DNA from: Sulfolobus acidocaldarius DSM 639
GTDB taxonomy: Archaea > Thermoproteota > Thermoprotei_A > Sulfolobales > Sulfolobaceae
DNA: 32,000 bases
Direction of reading: 5' to 3'
Assembly (NCBI RefSeq): GCF_000012285.1
Contig: NC_007181.1
Span: 1,110,001 to 1,142,000 of the forward strand
The notes below the pieces were generated by a model. It was not told the origin of the DNA, searched no databases, and saw only the letters and a list, made by a program, of their open reading frames with translations. Position numbers and translations under genes: made by a program. This document shows, piece by piece, positions 1 to 7,761 of this stretch (position 1 is its first letter; each line of letters starts with the position of its first letter).

Positions 1-925
1 GTGATACTAGTGGAGATGGGTACACACTTATTCTGATATCTGCTCCTGGCGAGTTAAAGTATGGAACGAAGAAGAGAGGATTTGTATCATATTGAGTGGT
101 AACAACTGTGTAGGTCTTCCATGGAATCTTAACGTATTCAGGAGTTCCGTTAACATAAAAGGGTAGATATAGGGTTATCGGGTCTGAATAATTAGTATAT
201 AAATTATACCAGGCTGTATATCCTGGGTAATGATACTTATCATAAGCTAATGGATTGTGATATAATGTTATATTTAACCAATTACCTTTAATAGGAAATA
301 TTAAGGTTGCGTTTTTATCTAGAGAGTAGGAGGAGTATGGTGAATAAAATCCGTAAAAACCCCATGCATAAAAAGTGTTAATAGTTCCTGTAAGACCATA
401 TTCGTATCTTTCATTCCAAGGAGTTGATACGTTTATTGATTTAACCACTGATGGAGTGAAATACGTTTCAGGTAATGGATTATAACCAACCACTAATCCC
501 ATATTGCTATAAAGGGGGGAGATTAAAGAAGATGGTGATAGGTCTCCTCCGTCTAAGGAATTTATATTAGTTACGTTAAACCATGTTCCCATATTTGTAA
601 TTACTACTGCCCATTCACTTCCGTTTAAAATTGTGGATAATTGTGAAGGTAATTGAATATTAACTTCTTTTATGTTACCATCAGGATAAATAACGTATGT
701 GATTCTTTCCCCTGGCGTTGTACTAACTAAGAAATATCCTCCGTTGTTTTGAACTATAGTTAAAGGAGAACTTTGGGCATAAAAGTCGAGTTTGTTTGAA
801 ATTTGTTGAGTAGCATTAGCCATCTTGTTCTGAGCTACTATAAGGATGGAAATGGATATAACTAAAATTTGTAAGAATATTAAAGCTCCAAGTATTGTCG
901 ATATTCCCTTCTTCCTTCTCTTCAT
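1..925 (-). CDS. Partial (3'-truncated by window edge) secreted protein with an archaeal class III (type IV pilin-like) signal peptide
   Basis: Absent from the ORF track because it runs off the window. ATG at 925..923. I translated all 308 codons by hand and found no stop down to position 2. The N-terminus is MKRRKKGISTILGALIFLQILVISISILIVAQN: a basic stretch, a Gly cleavage context, then a hydrophobic helix, as in PibD-processed pilin-like proteins. The remainder is Tyr/Asn/Pro-rich with many N-x-S/T sequons (NAT, NVT, NVS, NIT, NYS, NGT), typical of Sulfolobales surface proteins. A TATA-like TTTATTAAAA lies about 13 nt upstream of the ATG. Confidence 0.65.
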   Translation of the reverse strand, partial: MKRRKKGISTILGALIFLQILVISISILIVAQNKMANATQQISNKLDFYAQSSPLTIVQNNGGYFLVSTTPGERITYVIYPDGNIKEVNIQLPSQLSTILNGSEWAVVITNMGTWFNVTNINSLDGGDLSPSSLISPLYSNMGLVVGYNPLPETYFTPSVVKSINVSTPWNERYEYGLTGTINTFYAWGFYGFYSPYSSYSLDKNATLIFPIKGNWLNITLYHNPLAYDKYHYPGYTAWYNLYTNYSDPITLYLPFYVNGTPEYVKIPWKTYTVVTTQYDTNPLFFVPYFNSPGADIRISVYPSPLVS

Positions 926-974
926 GTTTGAATTCTTGTTTTAATAAACAGATGGTGATGAGCGAAAGTAACGC

Positions 975-982
975 TTTTTAAG
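975..982 (+). promoter_or_regulatory. Box A/TATA element (TTTTTAAG) for the tRNA-Leu gene
   Basis: TTTTTAAG is centred about 27 nt upstream of the mature tRNA 5' end at 1007, which is the expected archaeal TATA-to-start spacing. Confidence 0.5.
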
Positions 983-1006
983 ACTAAACAACTATTATTT
1001 TTAGTT

Positions 1007-1090
1007 GCGGGGGTGCCCGAGCTGGTCAAAGGGGGCGGACTCAAGATCCGCTGGCGAAGGCCTACGCGGGTTCAAATCCCGTCCCCCGCA
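1007..1090 (+). tRNA. tRNA-Leu (anticodon CAA), long variable arm, no intron, CCA not encoded
   Basis: Hand-folded cloverleaf. Acceptor GCGGGGG/CCCCCGC with discriminator A. Anticodon stem GCGGA/UCCGC with loop CUCAAGA (anticodon CAA). Variable arm about 14 nt (UGGCGAAGGCCUAC). T arm GCGGG-UUCAAAU-CCCGU. A T-rich tract follows. Confidence 0.93.
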
Positions 1091-1100
1091 TCCCCCTTAT

Positions 1101-2483
1101 TTACATCTTCTTCAAAATTAGTGAAGTGAGTGTAGATTTTACTCCCTTTACTGCCCTTATACTTTCTATTATCTGATTTAACTCTGTGGAGTCCTTCGCT
1201 TCTACTTTAACTAATATATCGTAATCTCCTGAAATCTCCATCACTTCCCTAACGCCTTCAATCAATACGATTCTTCTAGTCACTGATGTTGTATAAACGT
1301 TTGAATCACACTTCACAGAAATTAACGCCATTATATTTTCTGGTGGTCTAGGTTTCAAAATCCTTCCAGTAACTGACTCAGCCAATTCAAGTAAATCGAC
1401 ATCCCTGTAAAACCTTACATTCGGATTAGATTTAATCTTTGCCAATACTTGATCTATTTCGCTGTCTGTCAATTTTACTCCTAGTCTATCAAACCTATCT
1501 TTAACGGCGTGTTTTCCAGTATATTTATCAATTACGTAATCTCTACTCCTTCCGAAAGTCTCAGGCGGTAAGAATTCATAAGTTTTCGGATCATTTAACA
1601 CACCTGCTACATGGACTCCAGCCTTATGAACAAAGGCATAATCCCCAGTTATAGGAAAGTTAGGAGGTAAGGCGATTCCACTATATTTCTCTACTAAGCT
1701 TGCCACCTCAGAAAGTTTCTTTAGGTCTACAACTTCAATTCCGAAGTGATACTTTAATGCAGCAGCTACCACTTGTAAGGGAGCTATACCAACTCTTTCC
1801 CCTAAACCGTTCAAGGTAGTATGAATTATAGTAGCTCCTCCTTCTGCTGCTGCCAATACATTAGCCACAGCCATTCCCAAATCATTATGAGCATGAATAT
1901 CAAATTCGATATCAGGAAATCTAGATGTCAAATCCTTGAATAGTTCTCTCGTTCTTGAAGGGTATAAGACGCCTACAGTGTCTGCTATGCTTACCCTATC
2001 AGCACCAGCGTCCCTAACTGTTTTTATAACCTCTAACAAATATTGATAATCTGCTCTGGTAGCGTCCTCTGCTGTAAATCTCACTTTTACACCGTGGCTC
2101 TTCGCATAACTTACTGTTTCTGCAATAGATCTTAATGCCTCATCTCTAGTTGTGTGATGTTTTGCTTTTAAATGAGTATCACTTATACCGTAAAAGATGG
2201 CTATTCTATCTGCTTCTATTTCGGCACCTACTTCTATATCTCTTTTTACTGCTCTGCTATGCGCGACTATCTCAGATTTTATTACCCCTTCCCTTTTCAG
2301 TTTTATTATTCTTCTAATTCCTTCATAGATATCCGGTGAAACTGCCGGATGACCAGCTTCAATCATTTGTACTCCTATGTCAGAGAGAGCTTTGGCTATC
2401 TCTACTCTTTGATCAGTAGTAAATACAACTCCGGGTGTTTGTTCTCCTTCTCTTAGTGTTGAATCTAATATACCAACTTTCAT
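1101..2483 (-). CDS. hcs: Homocitrate synthase (LeuA/HCS family, lysine biosynthesis via alpha-aminoadipate) with a C-terminal RAM/ACT-like regulatory domain
   Basis: N-terminus MKVGILDSTLREGEQTPGV and the HAHNDLGMAVAN motif mark the DRE-TIM metallolyase fold of HCS/IPMS. The last ~75 aa (ALISVKCDSNVYTT...DYDILVKVEAKD...IRAVKGVKSTLTSLILK) resemble an Lrp/AsnC-type RAM ligand-binding domain. I moved the start to the ATG at 2483, because the 21 extra track codons are hydrophobic junk and HCS homologues begin at MKVGILD. Confidence 0.85.
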   Translation of the reverse strand: MKVGILDSTLREGEQTPGVVFTTDQRVEIAKALSDIGVQMIEAGHPAVSPDIYEGIRRIIKLKREGVIKSEIVAHSRAVKRDIEVGAEIEADRIAIFYGISDTHLKAKHHTTRDEALRSIAETVSYAKSHGVKVRFTAEDATRADYQYLLEVIKTVRDAGADRVSIADTVGVLYPSRTRELFKDLTSRFPDIEFDIHAHNDLGMAVANVLAAAEGGATIIHTTLNGLGERVGIAPLQVVAAALKYHFGIEVVDLKKLSEVASLVEKYSGIALPPNFPITGDYAFVHKAGVHVAGVLNDPKTYEFLPPETFGRSRDYVIDKYTGKHAVKDRFDRLGVKLTDSEIDQVLAKIKSNPNVRFYRDVDLLELAESVTGRILKPRPPENIMALISVKCDSNVYTTSVTRRIVLIEGVREVMEISGDYDILVKVEAKDSTELNQIIESIRAVKGVKSTLTSLILKKM

Positions 2484-2547
2484 GTGTAGTTTCTTTTTAG
2501 GTAACATATTTATAAATAAAACTGTAAAGAGAAGTTCGAAAAACAAA

Positions 2548-3536
<989 letters not shown>

Positions 3537-3547
3537 TTATAATAAGT

Positions 3548-3727
3548 TTACACTGGATAGTCATCAGGTAATTTATGCCTGAAATATTTGCCACTTTCTG
3601 GGTCTTTGAATAAACCTATTTTTACACCTTTTCTCCCTTTAGGTGCTAAAACCCAAGTTTTCTCTGGCGTTAATTCTAACTCTTTTCCTCCAGGAGTTCT
3701 CACTCTTACTCTTTTTTTCTCCGACAT
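3548..3727 (-). CDS. cren7: Chromatin protein Cren7
   Basis: [59 protein letters not shown] matches the Cren7 family essentially end to end ([29 protein letters not shown]). Start moved to the ATG at 3727. TTTTTAAAG lies about 29 nt upstream, consistent with a near-leaderless mRNA. Confidence 0.93.
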   Translation of the reverse strand: MSEKKRVRVRTPGGKELELTPEKTWVLAPKGRKGVKIGLFKDPESGKYFRHKLPDDYPV

Positions 3728-3835
3728 AACTATCATTAATATAGTCTATTAGACAACTTTAAAAACCTTTTCATAGTTTAGTTAATGGATAATACCAATA
3801 GTATTGTAAAGATAATGTTGAAGGACTCCTTTAAT

Positions 3836-4633
3836 TTAGATTGCGTTTGTTGTTCCTCCATCAATTTGAATAACAGAGCCTGTAATATATGACGAATATT
3901 CGGAGATAAGATATACTATCAGCGGACCTAACTCCTTATCTATATCCCCAGTCCTACCTAGAGGAGATCTTTGAAGAACTTCTCTATACCATAGCTCTTC
4001 AAAAGGAATCCTCTTTGTCTCAGCAAGTTTCCTTAAGCTCTTTTTTGCACCCTCAGTTTCAAAGCTACCCATAAGAATAACGTTTGATGTTACGTTATAT
4101 CTGGCATAATCTTTTGAAATAATTTTTGAGAGTTGAACTAAAGAAGACCTCGAAACGTCAGCTAAAACAAAAATACTTTGTGGTTCTTTAATAGTCCATG
4201 ATGATAAGTAAATAATTCTACCCCATTTATTCTTTATCATCTCTGGAAGAACTAACTTAGTAAGCTTTACCGCACTTAATAGATATAGTTTTACTGAATA
4301 GTCCCAGTCTGACATATTTGTCACTTCAAAGGTAGAAGGCTCATTTGGTGGATTCCCGGTGTTAAAAATTAGAGCATCTATACCTCCTAATTTATCTAGA
4401 GCGAAAGAGATTAGTTTATCTAATTCATCTAAATTAGTCAAGTCTGAGGGAAGACCATATACTTCAGGATTGTACCTGGATAATTGGTTCACCGCATTTT
4501 TCACTTTAGATTCGTTTCTTGAAGTAATCACAATTTTGCAACCTTCACGAGATAGCGTTCTTGCTATTCCTAAACCTATACCTTCTGTGGATGCTGTTAT
4601 GAGAACCCTCTTACCTGAAACGCTCAAGTTCAT
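3836..4633 (-). CDS. Short-chain dehydrogenase/reductase (SDR) family protein with an atypical active-site region
   Basis: The Rossmann motif ITASTEGIGLGIA corresponds to TGxxxGIG. NTGN corresponds to NNAG. The C-terminal IQIDGG is SDR-typical. No Tyr-x3-Lys is seen at the expected position (see findings). Confidence 0.75.
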   Translation of the reverse strand: MNLSVSGKRVLITASTEGIGLGIARTLSREGCKIVITSRNESKVKNAVNQLSRYNPEVYGLPSDLTNLDELDKLISFALDKLGGIDALIFNTGNPPNEPSTFEVTNMSDWDYSVKLYLLSAVKLTKLVLPEMIKNKWGRIIYLSSWTIKEPQSIFVLADVSRSSLVQLSKIISKDYARYNVTSNVILMGSFETEGAKKSLRKLAETKRIPFEELWYREVLQRSPLGRTGDIDKELGPLIVYLISEYSSYITGSVIQIDGGTTNAI

Positions 4634-5706
4634 GGTCTAATATAATTGTTTGCAAGTAGATTACTTTTTCCTGTGGTAGAAATTAGATCTATGCCTAAAA
4701 TTTCCCCTCTTAATTCAGCCAGTTTCTGTTTTAGCTCATTAAAGTCCTTAGCCTCAATAAAAATATCACAAATAGTATCAAAGACCTTCACACAATCCCT
4801 TAGTTCCTCTTTTGCATTCACTGTAACCCTATAAACTCTGATGGAAGGTTTTACATTATATATAACGTCTAGTTCTGTGCCAGATACCCTTCCTGATTTC
4901 TTTAAGTAAAATCCGTTAATTTGATTTAAGTTAAGATCAACTTCAGTAATTAATGGATAGTCGTCTACAATTCTCACATCAGAAGGCTCTGAATATGGCG
5001 AATTAATTTGAGTGTTCAATAACTTCTCTAGAGACAGTCCTCCTTTAGCATACCAACTTGATAAAGGTATACCTCTGACTAACCTGTTATAAAAGAATAG
5101 ATAGTGCTTCGTTCTCTTCCTTTCTAAAATCGTATCATACTCTATATCATATATTATCTCTACTTCAGGATTATCAATATCTGGCTTTGATTCCTCCCCA
5201 GTGAGTAGTTTTCCAACTTCTCTTTTTATCTCGTTTTTTAAACTTTCATAATATATCAAACCGTTCTCTACTATGAAGTTCTGTTCAATATCCCTCATAT
5301 GCCTGGGCAAACTAACTCCAAGAACAAAAGTCTTATATCCCTTCTCTCTTAAAAGACTGAGAGCTTTTTGGTAAAATTTTCTCTTAATTTCTTGTATCCT
5401 GTTGTTGCAAATGTAACATGATCTATTCTGAAAATCATCTCCGAAGTAAAGAGAGAAAATACCATAAGATATTTGTCCCATATTAAACATTATCTCCTTC
5501 ACTTGATTGGAATCCTGAATCTTATGTTCTTTAAGGGAATAATCCAAACTGAGGAGTAAAGTAAGTTTTATTGCCTTTCCTCTTTCCTCATTTGTATGTG
5601 CATAACTAAGTCTAGCAAAACATCTTCCTAAACAACTGTCACAAAGAGGGTACTTTGATAATAATTCAAAAGCCTTATTGATTACTTCCGCCAAATAATT
5701 TTGCAA
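4630..5706 (-). CDS. pus10: Pus10-like tRNA pseudouridine synthase (Zn-ribbon + THUMP + catalytic domain), short and divergent form
   Basis: N-terminal KYPLCDSCLGRCFARL plus a second CYICNN pair form the Pus10 4-Cys zinc module. YNRLVRGIPLSSW resembles the Pus10 Y-x-K/R-x-x-R-x-x-P-Q-T-x-W forefinger motif. SDVRIVDDYPLITEV aligns by eye to the catalytic (E)D-x-DVRMLG-x-GRPF-x-x-E block. Confidence 0.55.
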   Translation of the reverse strand: MQNYLAEVINKAFELLSKYPLCDSCLGRCFARLSYAHTNEERGKAIKLTLLLSLDYSLKEHKIQDSNQVKEIMFNMGQISYGIFSLYFGDDFQNRSCYICNNRIQEIKRKFYQKALSLLREKGYKTFVLGVSLPRHMRDIEQNFIVENGLIYYESLKNEIKREVGKLLTGEESKPDIDNPEVEIIYDIEYDTILERKRTKHYLFFYNRLVRGIPLSSWYAKGGLSLEKLLNTQINSPYSEPSDVRIVDDYPLITEVDLNLNQINGFYLKKSGRVSGTELDVIYNVKPSIRVYRVTVNAKEELRDCVKVFDTICDIFIEAKDFNELKQKLAELRGEILGIDLISTTGKSNLLANNYIRP

Positions 5707-7009
5707 GACCTTTTCTCCTCTTTACCATTTTAAGTAAGTTATTAGTCATTTGATACTGCTTAAGAAGTTCCTTTACCTCTTCAACTGTAACGCCAGCTCC
5801 TTTTGCTATTCTCCTCATCCTGGCTTTATCTATTATGGATGGGTTATCTAATTCTTTATATGTCATTGAATTCATTATTGCCATAAATGTCCTTATTTTC
5901 TCTTCACCTAATTTTAATTGTTCTTCTGGAACTTGTGATAATATTCCAGCACCAGGCAACATTTGAAATATTTTACCTAATGGACCCATTTTCCTTAAAG
6001 CTATAAGTTGTTTATATATGTCCCTAAGAGTTAATTTTGTTTTACCTGAAATTACGTCTTCCATTCTTTTTTCTAAATTCTCGTAGTCTTCTACGCTCTT
6101 TATTTTCTCTATTATGCTCTCAATATCTCCTAAACCTAATAAGCGTGATACAAATCTTCTAGGATTAAATACTTCCAATTCATCCAATTTTTCTCCTGTA
6201 CCTATGAACTTTATCTGAGCCCCAGTAGCTATTACTGCTGATAGAGCTCCTCCTCCTTTCGCTGTTCCGTCCATCTTTGACACTATTAATGAACCAATTG
6301 GACTTGCTTGATGAAATCTAGAGGCTAAGTCATATGCTTTTTGACCAATTGATGCGTCTATAACTAAAATTACTTCGTCTGGGTGTATTTTATCATACAT
6401 CGATTTCATTTCTTCCAAAAGACTGGCTTCTTCCCCGTAACCGTGCCTTCCGGCTGTGTCAATTATTACAATATTCATTTTTTCCTTTAGAAATTTCTCT
6501 AAACCATTTGTTGCTATTTCTATAGGATTTTTGTTTCCTGGTTCACCATAAACAGGAATATTTATCTGCTGTCCTATCTGGATTAATTGCTCATATGCAG
6601 CAGGACGATATATATCAGCAGCAACTAAACCTACTTTATATCCCTTTTTCTTGTAGAAAAGCGCAAGTTTGCCAGAAGTTGTAGTCTTACCACTTCCCTG
6701 TACGCCAACAAGCATTATAATGTAAGGCAGTTTCTTTGGCATGACTTCGGGCTCCTTGTCTCCACCAAAGAGTCTAGATAATTCATCGTAAACTATTGAT
6801 ATAAACCATTCTCTTTTTTCTATTGCGGATGGGGGTTTCTCTTCTGTTATTCTTTTCTTTATTCTGTCTGTTAAATCCTTTACTAATCTGACATTGACAT
6901 CTGCTTTAATGAGAATTATTTGAAGTTCTTTTATAAATTCGTTAACTGCTTTTTCATAATCTGAGGAACCTAAAAATTTTCTTACTGCATCCCTTAGACC
7001 ATCTAACAA
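5675..7009 (-). CDS. srp54: Signal recognition particle 54 kDa protein (SRP54)
   Basis: N domain, then G domain with GVQGSGKTTTSGKLA (P-loop), DTAGR and SKMDG, then a Met-rich M domain (MGPLGKIFQMLPG). The start is TTG at 7009, one nt after the aIF5A stop, so the two genes are tightly coupled. Confidence 0.95.
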   Translation of the reverse strand: MLDGLRDAVRKFLGSSDYEKAVNEFIKELQIILIKADVNVRLVKDLTDRIKKRITEEKPPSAIEKREWFISIVYDELSRLFGGDKEPEVMPKKLPYIIMLVGVQGSGKTTTSGKLALFYKKKGYKVGLVAADIYRPAAYEQLIQIGQQINIPVYGEPGNKNPIEIATNGLEKFLKEKMNIVIIDTAGRHGYGEEASLLEEMKSMYDKIHPDEVILVIDASIGQKAYDLASRFHQASPIGSLIVSKMDGTAKGGGALSAVIATGAQIKFIGTGEKLDELEVFNPRRFVSRLLGLGDIESIIEKIKSVEDYENLEKRMEDVISGKTKLTLRDIYKQLIALRKMGPLGKIFQMLPGAGILSQVPEEQLKLGEEKIRTFMAIMNSMTYKELDNPSIIDKARMRRIAKGAGVTVEEVKELLKQYQMTNNLLKMVKRRKGLAKLFGGSNQ

Positions 7010-7010
7010 T

Positions 7011-7406
7011 TTACTTTACCCTTACAATTTTTCTTCTCCCCATCACACTCCAGTACTCTATTTCTGCTCCAGGTCTAATTTTTGAAACAATCTCGTTTTC
7101 AGTAGGCTTTTCTAAATCAAATGTTTCGTAACTTTCCAAATCCATAATTGTCAGATTATCTCCCTTATCAGCCAATATCTGACCTACGTGCTTCTCGATG
7201 ATAGGAACCTCAACTTGCTGATCAACAGGTGCCATAAGGGATCTTTTTTGACCTGTAAACAAACCTATTGCGACAACATTAGCTTTTGCACTTCCGTGTT
7301 TTCCTGTTTTCGCCTTGGTTATTTCAACTACTCTACATGGTTCTCCATCTATCATCACGTAACTACCTACTTTAAGATCTCCAACCGTAGTGTACTGTAT
7401 GCTCAT
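7011..7406 (-). CDS. eif5a: Translation initiation factor 5A (aIF5A), hypusine-containing
   Basis: [43 protein letters not shown] carries the conserved TGKHG hypusination loop. Start moved to the ATG at 7406. ATATTAAAAGG lies about 25-35 nt upstream. Confidence 0.93.
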   Translation of the reverse strand: MSIQYTTVGDLKVGSYVMIDGEPCRVVEITKAKTGKHGSAKANVVAIGLFTGQKRSLMAPVDQQVEVPIIEKHVGQILADKGDNLTIMDLESYETFDLEKPTENEIVSKIRPGAEIEYWSVMGRRKIVRVK

Positions 7407-7449
7407 TTGAATTCCCATTAATTCCTTTTAATATGAGTTTTAAACTCTT

Positions 7450-7508
7450 TTGCTCTGAGCTTTGGCCCTTCATCATGAGTCAGTCTAAGTCTAGCGTCTT
7501 CACAGCAA
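7450..7508 (-). ncRNA. Candidate box C/D sRNA (2'-O-methylation guide)
   Basis: Minus strand reads TTGC-t-GTGAAGA(C)-cgctagacttaga-CTGA(D')-ctc-ATGATGA(C')-agggccaaagct-CAGA(D)-GCAA. Box spacing is 13 and 12 nt. The flanking TTGC/GCAA can form a terminal stem. An AT-rich TATA region (TTATAAATAAA) lies about 20 nt upstream. The outer C and D boxes each differ from consensus at the position that normally forms the U-U pair (A and A here). Confidence 0.55.
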
Positions 7509-7539
7509 TATATTTTATTTATAAGTTGACTTATAAACT

Positions 7540-7716
7540 ATGCCTTGGAAAGTAAGATGTAGAAGTTGCGGTAATGAATGGGTGATAAATATAAGTTTCG
7601 ACATAAGCAAACAGCCAGCTATTTACCAATATTGTAAAACCTGTAAGAGAAACACTTTTAATGATATTTTGGAATATTTTGAAAAGGATGACGAGACCCA
7701 AAATATTGAACGATGA
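7540..7716 (+). CDS. Small zinc-ribbon protein (58 aa), not in the ORF track (below its size cut-off)
   Basis: Hand translation gives MPWKVRCRSCGNEWVINISFDISKQPAIYQYCKTCKRNTFNDILEYFEKDDETQNIER, with a stop at 7714-7716. It has two CxxC pairs (C7/C10 and C32/C35) about 21 aa apart. TATTTTATTTATAAG lies about 20-27 nt upstream of the ATG, so the transcript would be leaderless. Confidence 0.55.
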   Translation: MPWKVRCRSCGNEWVINISFDISKQPAIYQYCKTCKRNTFNDILEYFEKDDETQNIER

Positions 7717-7735
7717 TATAACCTGTCTCGGCTGA

Positions 7736-7761
7736 TCAGTTTATGAAATCAGTTTATGAAA
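7736..7761. repeat. Perfect 13-bp tandem duplication (tcagtttatgaaa x2) spanning the top6A stop codon
   Basis: Positions 7736-7748 and 7749-7761 are identical. On the coding strand the last codons and stop of top6A (..F I N stop) are repeated immediately downstream. An adjacent 8-bp palindrome CTGATCAG sits at 7732-7739. Confidence 0.9.

Noticed and set aside
955-961. GTGATGA C-box-like heptamer between the pilin-like gene and tRNA-Leu
   Set aside because: There is no D or D' box (CTGA or xxGA variant) at any compatible spacing downstream. The region is better explained as the two divergent promoters.
4198-4250. ATGATGA followed at sRNA-like spacing by TCTA / CATTTAT / CTGG
   Set aside because: The would-be D box lacks the essential GA, the C' has no UGA core, and the element lies inside the SDR coding region.
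4359-4834. Track ORFs 4359..4640(+) and 4646..4834(+)
   Set aside because: They lie entirely antisense to the well-supported SDR and Pus10-like genes. They are low-complexity, Ser/Leu/Phe-rich translations typical of the mirror frame of AT-rich coding DNA, with no motifs or promoter context.
7188-7421. Track ORF 7188..7421(+)
   Set aside because: It is antisense to eif5a, which is unambiguous, and its composition is not protein-like.
7711-7735. GATGATA ... CTGA near the end of the zinc-ribbon ORF
   Set aside because: The C-box-like element lacks the UGAUGA core, and there is no second box pair. It is probably coincidental.
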